A stretch of DNA of 64,000 nucleotides from Paraspadella gotoi (taxonomy: Eukaryota > Animalia > Chaetognatha). Below the pieces are notes generated by a model. It did not search any database. It was not told the origin of the DNA and was given only the letters and a program-made list of their open reading frames with translations. The DNA is taken from positions 14,128,124 through 14,192,123 of the forward strand of contig CM119265.1 of assembly GCA_051294375.1 (NCBI GenBank). Direction: 5' to 3'. Position numbers and translations under genes: made by a program. Shown piece by piece: positions 27,561-40,491 of this stretch (within the stretch, counting starts at the first letter, position 1; the number at the start of each line of letters is the position of its first letter).

Positions 27561-29150
27561 TTGTATTGTATTGTATTTATTCATACAGCGGGTCCGAGGA
27601 CCATGGGCCACAGTGGTTTTACAAAAACACAAAGCAGATAACAGAGATACAAGCAGTAATACAATAAGTATGACATTAGAAAATTAGATTTCCAAAAACT
27701 CAGTAAATTTAAGCAATGAATAAATTTTTCCTAATAGAAAAAAGGCCAATTCTACAAAAAAACTGAAAACTACACAGTTTCATATATTAACGGAACATTA
27801 CCTAAAAAGGCAATCGGACTAATGTGATTTCCCAAATATGGGTATTTATTAATATCTTTGATATACTCCGGAAGGAGCGGAGACGAGTTCATTAAACTAA
27901 CAAATTGGGAATGTGCTCGTCTGAATATTCTAAATCGTAAGTCTCGTAAGCCTAATGAATCTAAAACTATTTTATTAGACATATTTCGTGGAACGTTTGT
28001 AATACATTTTAAAAATTTATTTTCTATTGATTCAAGTTTTAACCACTTTCCGTTAGACATAGAACAGAAACATGACATACTATATTCAAGTAATGATATC
28101 GCAAAGACTTGATACAATTCCAACATTAGTTTATATCTAAATGATTATATTTAAATTTCAACTTTCGAAGCACGCCACAACGTTGTCGCATTTTCTTTTC
28201 TATAGTTTCTAAATGTTTACTCCATGTCATTTTATCATCAAAAGTTACGCCCAAAAAAACCGCTTCCCTTATTGTTTTAATTCCACCCCAAATAATTCTA
28301 ATTTTTGGGATCTATCTAAGTTACGCCTTCGTCTTGAGAAAATTATTAACTGACACTTCTCCGGCGCCAGTTTAAGTCTCCACTTACTACACCACCTCTG
28401 AATCGCATCTAATGTCCTTTTCATTTCAAATTGACACAACTCCAGAGAACTCTCAGTTACCCAATTAGCTGTATCGTCGGCAAATTGGCTGTTCCGAACA
28501 ATCTTAGGGACTCCTTCGGTTATACTAAAGACATATATTGAAAAAATGTCCGGCGAAAGAATACCACCCTGAGGACATCCACATTCCATAATTATCCTTC
28601 TTGATGTTGCCGTACCGACTCTCACTGTGACATATCGATTCGTAGGTATGAGTCAATGACACGGATAATTTTCTCAGGAAAACCCATATTTATCATTTTG
28701 ACTATCAATCCACTAAACCAAACTCTATTAAATGCATCCTCTACATCATGAAATATTGCAACAGTAATTTTGTTATTTTTAAATCCACGCATGACGTCCT
28801 CTGATAACCTTAATAAGTGTTCTTGAGTACAACGGCCTTTACAAAATCCCGCTTGTATAGGATTAACAATTTTTCTGACATTCATGAAACTTAACAGAGA
28901 AAATCTTATAAGTCGCTCGTAAACTTTTCCTTCACAACTAAGCAAGCTTATTGGACGAAATCCCTTAATTGAATCTGCAGGTTTCCCCTTTTTTGGGATC
29001 ATATTAATTATTGCATTTCTCCATCTCTCAGGAAAGTAAGAACTCTCATAGGAAGCTTTCATAAGATCATATAATCTTTTCAGAAAAATTAGGTTTAATC
29101 TTTTTAAGGTAGAATTACTTATACCGTCTTCCCCAGCCGCCGATTTCTCT
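27561..29150 (-). mobile_element. 5'-truncated, frameshifted non-LTR retrotransposon (reverse transcriptase, no RNase H; Jockey/CR1-L2 group-like)
   Basis: RT motifs KSAAGEDGI, FPERWR..I..IPKKGK, FRPISLLSCEGKVYERLI, QAGF, D...AF..VW, GCPQGGILSP, QFADD, W..KWRL, split across frames. 3' end AATAAA followed by a (TACAA)3 tail. Confidence 0.93.
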
Positions 29151-29791
29151 TAATAAAACTTCAACCTAATGAAGCTTTTTGTTTTTAAGAAACGTATTTT
29201 CCGCTAGAGGTCATATGATGGCAGGAATAAAAAATATATCCACGATATTAGCAACTCGATGAGCTCTTCGTCATCAAATTTATTATATTTCATTCATTTT
29301 TATAGACCCTTCTTTTGAAAAAGGGGAGATGTTAATGAATTAATGATTAGTGAGATAATTTTTCACATTGGTTTCTATTTTAAAAAGTCACCGGACAACT
29401 TCAGACTGTTCGAATGTTTTTTACTAATTAACATAAACGTAATCGTTACAAAAATTTTAGAGCCAATCACTATGTTTCCTCAGTTTCTCTCGACTAATCC
29501 GAGCGAATGAATCTGAAGTGTTCAAACTTTGTGAGTTTTCTGCTCCGAAAAGCCATTTGGGATTCCCTCGGTGAATTTCGCGGCATGGAAAGTTAATATT
29601 CCCGACTGGATCATTATCGCCTGATCAAAAACTAGTAAAACTAAGTTGAAAACCGCAATGGCAATTCCTCATGGCCAGGGATTGCCCGATGTTCTCCTTC
29701 CTCATGGCAACCCGATGCGAATGAGATGACGTGTACCTGCCGGAGTTGACCGGTTTTTTCGGATGGTTGTTCATCGAACTTGTCTTCAACG

Positions 29792-32700
29792 ATGGCCGTC
29801 CCGTGGTTTTACAGATTAGACGTGCTGCAACTCGTAGCCTTCTTAGTCCTCTTCGCCTTAGTCTTCTTAGCCATCTTGCTGTTTATAATTCCCAGCGTGA
29901 CAGCCTTGAGACGCCGCGCTCAAAACGAGCCAGACAGGTAAGGTTTTCTCGAAAGAAATCAATAAAATAAAAACTAAAGTCATCCCTGACAACTGACAAG
30001 TTACAACTCATTGTAAGTGCCTACAGTTGGAGACCGACAAATACTGAAATCGTTCAGGTGTTAAGACCCGCCGGTCCGTTCTAAAACGCCCCCGAGAATG
30101 CCGTAATTCTTGTCTTTTGTAAATTATTAGTATTAACGGAATGAGGTTCACAAAATTATTATTATTGATTCATTTTCATTTGTTATTTTTTAATGTATAA
30201 AACCACTCAATTCGTTTGTTAGCACGCCGGTACAAGAAACCGAACCGGCGGCTCGACCAAAGGAGAAAGCAAAAAAAAAGATAAGAAGAAGAAGAAGAAG
30301 AAGAAATGGCGGAAAGAAGGATGAGGAATCCGACGAGGGTGTGGGCCCGAGGAAGCACACCTTGCCCGAGTTGCAGCCTCGACTGCCGAGGATGAGGACG
30401 ACGTCGATGAACTCGAACAACACTATCGTCGCCAGCTCAAAGGGACGAACGAACACTAAGGATTCCCAGGATGTCGACGCCGTTGAGTCGAGGGTGAGAA
30501 CTGAGACCCGGATCAAAATATTTCCTAGTTCCTATTCTTCGTTCACGAGTATTTCAACTCTTTTTAAAAATCAATCCTATTTTTTCAGCCCCGCCAATCC
30601 ATAGACGCGGGGCCATTGTCGACTCCAATGCCGCCTTCGTCGAGAGATGACCCCAAGCTTTACTTGCCACACTCTAGTCCGCATCTTGAGTCTCAGGACT
30701 TGCAGCAAAATCCATTCTTTGCTGGGATGCGGGAGGCCAATGAGGCCGTCGCCGACGCACCGCCGGCCGGTGCTGCAGCGGCCCATCAAAATGGAACAAA
30801 CAATAGCAGCTTGTCTTCGACGGACCCTAACTTCGCCGACAAGCCATTCTTTTCAAAAAACCCCTACGAGATGCTCGCCACGAGTCCGCGGGCCTCTAGA
30901 AATAGCGCGAGACGAAAACCGCAAACCTCCGATCGCGACAGATCAAATAAGGTGGAGGTCAACACTGCTAATATTCATCGCCATAGATCCCGTAATGACG
31001 GAAACGGTTATCACTCCGACGCGAACGACATTGACATGATGGATCCTGCCAGTCATGCTTTTAGTCCTCCAAATCGAACCCACCGAAACCCAAGTGCCAA
31101 CGACACAAACAACCACAACAACAATCACGCCAACGCCATTGAATTTCTTACCCTCCGCGATTTGCCCATCTTACGTGCTTCCCACCAGCGCTCACCTCCT
31201 CTTCAGTTTCAAGGGCCGCCGCCGCCGAGTCCCGAGTCTTCCTTCCGCCCGAAAATGATTCGTCAATTCGGAATTGACGACGGCGCCGCCTCGAATTTCA
31301 ACGGCGCCCATATCTCTCGCGGCGCCGGAATTCTCGCCGATTCTGAGCCGCCTGGTATCCATGTGACGTACAATGGTCCGACCGCCACAAGCAGCAGTGG
31401 GGCGGAAGAGACTCGCGACCCCGAGACAGAGTCGATCTCCAGACATTCCGTCTCCATCAACCTGCAGAACCTTCACATACAAATCGACACTTCGGCCAAC
31501 GCCTCGGGAATCTCCAATCCACGGGGTCATGCCCGAAAGTCGTCTGGGGACCAGTGGAAGGTGGTCGGTCCGTCGGGGCAAAGGAACCAGGGGGGACGGG
31601 CCCAACAACCTCGAAAAACTTCGTCGCCAAACGAGGTGTTGGGGAAAGAGAATCAGACAACCGATTCGGAACTCTTACTCCAAGTACAATCGCTACGAAA
31701 GAAGTTAAGGTAAACTTTTAAAAGAATGCGTACATTTCAGTAAATAAAAGGAAAATCCTTCACATTCACTGCTAATTTTTAAAAAAAATATTAGGCTTTT
31801 TCTTTTGCATTATTAATGTAAAATAACGAGAGAGAAAAATTTGTTTTGAAATTATGAATTTGGTATATTTAAAAAACTTTTGATTTAAAAGAAAGTCTTA
31901 TTTAAAAGAAAACTAATTCGTTGTTTGTAAACAAAACTAAATTTTTTTTCTCTCATAAATGCTACTATCGCTACTAAAGAAAAGATCCAAATCCATAATG
32001 TAAATTGAATATTTTTTTGTTTCTTTCTTAGCCGGCGTCTCGAATGGGAACCGGCTCTTCTGTTCATGGCAGAAATATTGGCCGTAAAGGCCAAAGCCGA
32101 AGATTTGGACCTTCATGGTTTTGGAACGAGTCTGGGTGAGCATTGAGCACTGAGCAACTACAAAACTTTTGAGAGTGTGTCGACTTATGGCTGAAGAATG
32201 ATGAGTCAACAACAATGCTAACATCATACATGGATTCATTGACTTGTTAGGTTTGGACCCAGTGATGACGAGCAATATTATTGGTCGTCATTACGGAAAT
32301 CCTCCTTCCACTTTGACGACCGGCTCAAGAATTTTTCAAGTAAATATTTTTCATTAAATGTACTGGAAGAAGTGACCATAGGGAAGGGATTATCAGGAAA
32401 AAAACATTTTTTTTCATGAATTTATTTTAAAAATAATTTTGCTGGCAAGATCACTATACTAGGAATTTTTGGTTTTATGTTATGTTATTATCTGGTTAGC
32501 TGCATACTAAGGCGTAGTGAAAGTTACATACGAAAATTCTAAAAGTCAATTATGAACAACATACCATCAGTGAACATTCATTTGTTAAAAAAATTAATTT
32601 TATGTTTTTTAATTTTCGCAGTAGGCTATATATTTATATATAGTACTATCCTTATAAAATGGAAAAATTTCAAAATAGGCTTTTCTTAATTTTGATTGCA

Positions 32701-33820
32701 GATTTGAATTCCTCGTCAAAAGAAAATATAAATCATTTTTAAAAATTCTTTCATTAAGTGGGTTAAAAATTAAAAAAACTATATTTAATATATAAAAAGT
32801 TCAACTTTCTATGACGAATCCAAATCTGCAAAAAAATCTTAGAAAAAACTGTTTTGAAATTTTAACATTTATTGGTTTAGTACTAGTATAAATATAGCCT
32901 ACTGCGTAAATTGTAAAATTTATTAAAAATTTTTTTATTACATAAATGTTCATTAGTATAATATTGTTCGTTCCTCACTTTTAGAATTTTAATTAAAGTT
33001 AAATTTAAGAAATTTTACTACGCCTTACTGCATACTAGAGTGTAGTGAAAGTTATGTTCGAAAATTCTAAAAGTCAATTATGAACATTGTTGAACAAGAT
33101 ACTATCAGTGAATATTAATTTATAAAAAATATTAATTTTATACATTTATATTTTAGGCTATATTTATATATAGTACTATCCTTATAAAATAAAAAAAAAG
33201 AGTTTTACTTTTAGTGAGAAAAAAATTTTTTTTAGCAACACCGATTTTATTATAGTTGTTGCTAAAAATTGTTTTTCTCTTACTAAATCTTAAAAATACA
33301 ATGAAAGAAAGAATCGATACAATGTTTAAAAAAGAGTTATATTTACATATATCAAGTTTTTATAATGAATCCAAATCTGCAAAAAAATCTTAGAAAACAC
33401 TATTTTAAAATTTTAACATTTATTGGATTAGTACTATGTAATATGTATAAATATGGCCTGCTGCGTAAATTGTAAAATTTATAAAAAAAACTTTTTTATA
33501 CAAAAATATTCATTAATATAATATTGTTCGTTTCTCACTTTCAGAATTTTATTTAAAGTTAAATTTATAATTTTTACTACGCCTTACTGCATACCGCTAA
33601 ATTATCGTAGGCAGATCCGACATTGTTTGCTAAAACTTGTTAACTAAAGAGTTAACTGATAAGATTGCTTTCTCCCCTTAAGCTTTTGCGTCGCTGGGAG
33701 GAGCAGATGGAACATTCGACACAAAATTCGCTCAAACCGCTGGTCGATGTTCTCCGAGGCTCTGGCCTAGTACAGGAGGCCGACATGGTTAAGGACAACT
33801 TTCCCTGGCTCGTCAATTAA
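29792..33820 (+). CDS. Single-pass membrane protein with C-terminal death domain (TNFR-tail/IMD/NRADD-like), ~622 aa; exons 29792-29937, 30223-30493, 30589-31709, 32032-32135, 32251-32339, 33683-33820
   Basis: All five introns are GT-AG and phase-consistent. Start tcaacgATGG. TM helix VLQLVAFLVLFALVFLAILLFII followed by RRR. C-terminal LLFMAEIL...FGTSLGLD....SNI...IFQLLRRWEEQ....SLKPLVDVLRGSGLVQEADMV fits the death-domain pattern. Confidence 0.85.
32508..33027. mobile_element. hAT-type MITE, copy 1 (intronic)
   Basis: TIR TAAGGCGTAGT / ACTACGCCTTA; 8-bp TSD CTGCATAC at 32500-32507 and 33028-33035. Confidence 0.88.
33036..33586. mobile_element. hAT-type MITE, copy 2 in tandem
   Basis: Homologous to copy 1; ends TAGAGTGTAGT / ACTACGCCTTA; followed by a third CTGCATAC at 33587-33594. 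Confidence 0.88.
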
Positions 33821-34956
33821 GATGGCCATCCTCATGCCCGCTGAGAGCGAGAGGCAACAATTATCTCAGTATAAATGTTTTCTATTATTTATACAGCTCC
33901 CCGGTCGCTTTCCATCTTTTAACTAAACCCAAATTACAACCAAGCCGGAATTTTTTAATAAATATCCACTCCTTTATATATTGCCAAACCAACGTTCAAA
34001 CAGGAAAATAAAGAGATATTGACGGTTTTACGGGCCATGATTTTTTTATTGTTAACCTACGACAAAGTAAAAAATTACGGTGCTTAAAAAAATTAATATT
34101 TTTTTCGAAATTAAAAAAAAAATTATTTAAAAAGTAAAAACATTCCTGAAACAAAAGACTATGGCTAAAGGTTGTGTCTTTATACAAATAATTTGCCATT
34201 CCCAGAGCAATTTGGTGCCTACAGCTCCCCTTTCTAAAAAGCTTTATAAAGTAGAATTTTGAAAAAGCAATAAGCCGCTCTGAATTGGTAGAACCACGAG
34301 AAGCAAATGGATACCAAAAAAAGTCTGTATTTACTAAATACTATTATAAATACCATTTATAATTGTTGTGTACAAGAATCATTAAAGTCAACCCGTTTAA
34401 GAGTAAATTTTATTTATTTTTTTTTTTTTAAATTCCGGTCTTGTACGTATATGCGGGTATCATTAAAAATAAAATATGAAGACATTTCGATTTTCCCCAT
34501 ATTTGATACACTATTCCTATACAAACTTATTAAGAGGGGTGATAAAAATAATATTAAAAATATTTAATGTTTTTACTTACTTAGATGGTGGTTGCTGGAT
34601 ATTTGAAGACAGAAATTTGAACTTTCAAATATAACGGTGAAAATGCTATTCCATTTTTTACATTAGTGCTTAATTTCAGGTTATGCGTCATATTTTTGTT
34701 ATTCCTTATCTAGTCAATGTTACAGTTCGTATTTCCTAAATTGTTTCATAATGCGGGAAATTTCTTTGAGACCGTTACAATTACACTTATATTTAAAGCG
34801 ATATTTTCGTTTAAATACTGACAAATGATCATTCATTTTTTATTCTACGAATTTAGATATTATTTTAATAATGTGAAAAGAATATAAACAACATGAACAT
34901 GAATTTGATACTAATAAACGTGAAGGATAAAATATCGGCTTTCGGTCAATAATGAA

Positions 34957-35213
34957 CTTGTGGCGGTATATTCACACTGCCTCACGTCCACCATCCTTCA
35001 GGCAAATCCATTGGCTCAGAGGGGGAACACACCGTCCCAGGCGTACTGTTTCATCCACAGTCCTAACGACTTCCATCTGCGTTGGCAAAGCGAGACCGTC
35101 CTAGGGTAACCGCGCCAGTGACTGGAGGCGTCACTGAGGGTAGGAAGCCCCCAAAGCCAACAGTGAGATGCCCCATCCCAATCGGCATGACAGTCAACCC
35201 GGCTGTTGCCATA
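34957..35213. repeat. GC-rich ~260-bp dispersed repeat, copy 2
   Basis: Aligns end to end with 20416-20686. Confidence 0.9.
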
Positions 35214-37513
35214 AACTCCTTCATTAAGTTTTTTTCTCGAATAAAAAGCCCACGAGAAGTGCGAATTATTTTTCTTTTTTTGATCTCTCTGTTTTTAGGT
35301 TTCTGGTTTTTTTTATCTCAATCTAACTTCTCTTATACTACTACTACTCTCAAACTTTAATCCTCGTTTTTCTGGTCAGAGACAATTCTTGTTGTTGTTA
35401 TAGTGTTGCAATAGTTGTTGATTTTCATGGTTGGATTTTTGTTGTCATCCAAATTGTCATTGGTGTCGTTTTGTGCCTCGCGGTAATGTAGAATTCAGAG
35501 GAAATCGTTTCACAATTTTACACATCAATTTTTAAACCAATAAACAGTTTTTGGATTTTTTAGATAATTTATTTTTACAATTATGTCGATAAGCGGACTG
35601 ATGACGACTACCCTTTAGCTCCCCCGTGTCCAGTTTTCGTTCCCCCTAAGACACACTTCCGGCAGGAGAGTTTCTGAGAAACCAGGACCTAGTAGTTATA
35701 AGATAATGGTTTTACTTAATGAGGCACTGGGTCGCGAATTATATTATCTCGTGTTTATTGTTTAAAAACATAATTATGCTTCAAATAACTATTTTTCTTA
35801 CTTTTTATCTGTTCAGAAAACAGTTTTTAAGTATCGTCTAATGTGCCACACTTGATGAGAAAATGTTTTCGCTGGTATTTTTTTTTTAATTGCATTGTCT
35901 ATCTAATATTTCCAGGAAAAATACGACCTGTAACGTGGAATAAAACAACACCTGAGTTTATTTTGTATCAATTTAATATACAAACATTAATCGAATACGA
36001 TTTTGTCACAAAATTTAGTAAAGATTACCGTTTACTATACAGATAATATTGTTATTTTTAGTTACAAGTTTTTTGCTGTTGAAGTTTGTTAAAGACTGAA
36101 CAAATAAAATATCAATTTATAATTATATGGATGTATTTTTTGATAAATAAACTATAGTGAAAGCCACAAGTTAAATAGTAATAAAAGTTTTTCATCATGA
36201 AAGAAGACAGTAAAAGTAAAAACTGTTTTGCTTAATACTTTTATACCATCATGATCATCAGTGGTAGAAAGACAGCAACGCCAACCCAGTAGTTTTTTTT
36301 TCTCAGCTAAAGCACATTGTTTTTTGCGAAGAAAGACTAATTCACTTCATAGCCGATTTTAAGAATGTGGGCTTACAAAAAGTGAGTGTGAACTAAGAAA
36401 TAGCACGTAGTTTACTTCTAATACCTTTTATAAATTTACGTCAGATAACTACGTAATACAATGTAGATAATATGGTAAATATTAAAAATTGTCACGTAGC
36501 TACGCGTAGCTCTAAAGTAGTGAATACGGTAAACCTCTGGGGCTTATACATAATACATATAACTAATTTAAATGGCTAAAAGAATTAATGTTACAATTTT
36601 CATAGTTATTATTTATTAATAATAATTAGTATGAAATAAATATGGAAAAGTATCTTTTGTTTATTTCTTATTCACTGTGAGTCGCTACTCATTGCCAATT
36701 GCCAATGACATTGGTTGCCCTAAGAAAATTGAGCAGTTCTGATCCGAAAGCTTATTTCGGAAATCATGTATAGCCATGCGTATGCACTATGCAGTATGCA
36801 TTATAGCCTGTCCGGTCCCCCCCCCCGGCCCCTGGCTATCATTAGTTTTAAATCTGGTAACGAATAACGCAGTGTGGCGTGGTCGTGGGCCGGAATCAAA
36901 AATAAAAGGATCTCGAACCCCTGATACTGGCGAGTCTAAAATTTTGTTTGTCGCTTCATAAAGAAATAATTCAATCTGAAAAATATGTATTAATTTATGC
37001 CCCGATTAGATAAGAAGAAGATAGATTAGAAAAGAACTGAATATAAGCTCTTTTTTTTGCGATTAAATATTATTATATACGTATTTATTCAAAATATTCA
37101 AAATCTATAATATATGAATGCTATTACAATATCGTGTTGGATAAAAAAGAAAGTTTTATTCCTTACAATCATAAAGTCAAAAAATAACGGTTGGAAAAAA
37201 GATATTTAATTAACTAACGTAATGGTTAACGGTGATGAATAGTCCCTTTTCTAAGCCAGCTCTTTACAAAAATTTTAATCCTTTAAAATCAAAATCCGGT
37301 TGCGGTGGAGTGGACGAAAATGCCAGGGCAATACAGGCCTGTAACCAGTGCAATTAGAAAACGTCACGATTAACCGTAACTGCTCTGGCGGCAGACCTTA
37401 TCGCCGTGGCCAAAGGCGGAACGTGAGCATCACGAAGACGTGATGTGAAGCGCGGGTTTGTAAAGACGAATTTGAAGAGGACCCCGAAATTCCGAGCTTT
37501 TAAAGAGAAAGAG

Positions 37514-37548
<35 letters not shown>

Positions 37549-38529
37549 GAGAGAGAGAAATACGAACTTTGATCCTTACCGAAAAAAGTGAAAAAAAATC
37601 GAATGAAAATAAAACAGTGAATCTAGAATCGATTTTTGGAGATTTTATATAAGGCGCATCAGGCAAATTCAAATAAGGAAAGGTTCGAGAGCATAATATG
37701 TTTATGAAATTTTTATTTTTTGTTTCTATTTTTTTTTTGGAAGAAGGGTTCGACCAACTTTAATCGTGAGCGCTTTTCTAGTTAGGAAAGTAATTTTTTA
37801 ATTTTTTTAATACTACACAATTAGCAGTAATTATTTTATAAATTTAATTTTACTCCGATTATTTCTTTATCTCTTTCTCTTTTTTTTGGTCTTTCTTCAT
37901 ACTTTAACAATTGTATTTTATTCACTATTATAACTCATATTAAGTTCTTTTTTTAAAACTTGTCACCGCCAAAAAAAAATTCATTCTCTTCGTATCAACT
38001 TTCATTCCTTCCAATTACATTTAATACATTCGTAGGAAAATTGTTTTCTGTCTCCGCATTTTTGATAGATTATACTTTTTTTTTGTCTTCGCTGGAAGAC
38101 GACTCCGACCTTCGATTCGAATTATGTTTTGTCAACTCTGTGCCAAGGTTTCGAAGAGAAATATTGTTTTTATTACAAATTGATCATTGTTTTTGGAAAT
38201 TTTAAGCCCGAAAGTCAAGAGAAATTGAAATTTAAAAAAAAAATTAGAATTTTAGAGCTAGATTGCTTAGTTAACCATCTAATGAGCTAACGTTGAAAGC
38301 TAAGAACGTTAATTAAAGCTTTAGTTGTCTAATTGTATAAATGTAGAGTAGGAAAATGCACGAAGAAAGTAAAAAGGCGGAAAAGCTAATTATCTGTCTT
38401 AGAAAATATTTTAAAAAAGAAAAAGAAAGAAAGAAAGAGAGAATTTCATAGTCGTTTAAGGAAATTCAAATTCGTTTAGTACCGTGTAAAAAGCGTCTTA
38501 AGCCCCAACCCCTTTTTTTCTCCCTCTCG

Positions 38530-38877
38530 TTTTGTGACGTCGCTCTTTCCTATCGTCGGCGCCCCGCTGGTCTTTCTTATCAGTCCCCGCGCATCCATAT
38601 GGGAGCGGGAAGAGCGAGCGGAGGAAGAGCAGCGGCCGCGTTGCCGCCATGGTGCGGGCCTCGCGCGGGGTCTCCGCTCCCCGCGTTGCCATGGTGACGC
38701 GAAGGCGACGACGGAGTCTCGCTTGCGCTCTTTCCGTTTGGGATCGGAAGCGACCTTCGCCGAGACGAGCGTCATCAACGGATTTTCCGATTTCATCCGG
38801 GTTTTTCTTTAAATCTTTCTGGCGGTAAAAATACTTTTGTTTTAAAATCGTCGATGAAGCCTCACTTCTATTGAAAG
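38530..38877 (+). promoter_or_regulatory. CpG-rich promoter or non-coding first exon, probably of the LIM-homeobox gene
   Basis: GC-rich island ending in a strong donor AAAG|GTAAGT (38877/38878). The downstream coding exon begins at acceptor 42156. The link between them is inferred. Confidence 0.45.
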
Positions 38878-39396
38878 GTAAGTCTTTACGTTTTTACGTT
38901 TTTTTTCTGTTAAAATGTCTTAGCAGAACTTGATGTGCAAACTTGAGCAAGTCGGCGACTCAAAAAGATAACAATTTATTATAAGTTTCCAAACACAATA
39001 TTTTACGACAGCAGTGTCAGCAAAATAGGTTTTAGTGCACAAACTAAAAATTTAAAAATGGGTAAAAGTTTTCATCAGCAACTTTTGAAACAAAATAAAT
39101 ATGTCAAATAATGTGGTGTAAATGATTTTATTTTTTTTTTTAAATCGTGAAAGTTTTTTTGTAATTTGGCCGATTTGGCCAAACGCGTGAGGACTAATAA
39201 AGTACGGTCAAAAAAGAAGATTTACTGAGGCGAGCCATAATATTTTACATGCCCCACAAGTATACTGTAAATTCGTTTTCTCTTAAAAAAAAGTTGAGAA
39301 CTATACCTTATGAATAACTAAAACTTAATTATATTTATATATCAATTTTACTCAGAATTTTCCCAACAATCCATTTTTTTAGTGAGCTCTCTCTCA

Positions 39397-39432
<36 letters not shown>

Positions 39433-39948
39433 TGTTTATTCGCTAATACTTATTTTGTACTGTGCACGTGCGTATGTAGATAATATAAATTTTGTCTTAA
39501 ACTTAACAAGGTTTGTTATCGTCATCCAGGATCGACTCATCGATTCGTACTTCGTGGTTTAATCCTCCAGATTTCGGCGAAAACCAAATCCGACTTTGAT
39601 GAAGATTTTATGGGGTAAAGATTCTTCTCCATCTTTCTTTCTCTCTCTTTCTTCCTTTTTTCTTTCTTTCTTCCTTTGTTTTCCCTTTTCATCTCTCCGC
39701 TGAATATTTCATTCTTCATCGGATTTCATTTTTGCTCTCATCGTCCCTAAACTCCCATGATTCATGATGAGAAACTCTCGCCGAACTTCGTTGACGAAAT
39801 CCCGAAGAATGGAACGAAATTGTCGTCATAATCACGCGTTAGATTCATTCGCCTTCTCTTTCCACGACCTTTGAAAAACCTTGAGGATGAAAATTTTTTG
39901 ACCGCAACCGGCCGCCGTGAAACTGAGTTGTTTCTCTCTCTTTCTCTT

Positions 39949-40024
<76 letters not shown>

Positions 40025-40392
40025 CTTTCTTACCTCCTCGTACTTACCGTGAACATCCAACCTTCTTCCCCCCCCACCTCACGCCCCGAACCATTCCCGA
40101 CCTCATTGACCTCTCCCCGATCCCCGGACCACGAACATTGTCTTTTCCATCCGCGCACGTGACTCTGCGGGTCGAGTCGCATGACGCTGGACCGGTGACG
40201 GAGTCCGGCGATCGGACGAGACGCGCGCCCGAGCACGCGACGACGCGGAGAGGGAAAAATATCGAACTCTGACGACGGGAAGAAGATAAAACTAAAAGAA
40301 ATTAATAAAATGATGAATAAGAAAAGAGAGAAAAGAAAAAACTGAGAAGGAAATTATCTTATCTTAAATCGAAAAGAATCATAACTTTCACA

Positions 40393-40491
<99 letters not shown>

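Noticed and set aside
29655-29730. HDV-like ribozyme resemblance (TTCCTC loop, CGAA)
   Set aside because: P3, P1.1 and P4 could not be assembled consistently.
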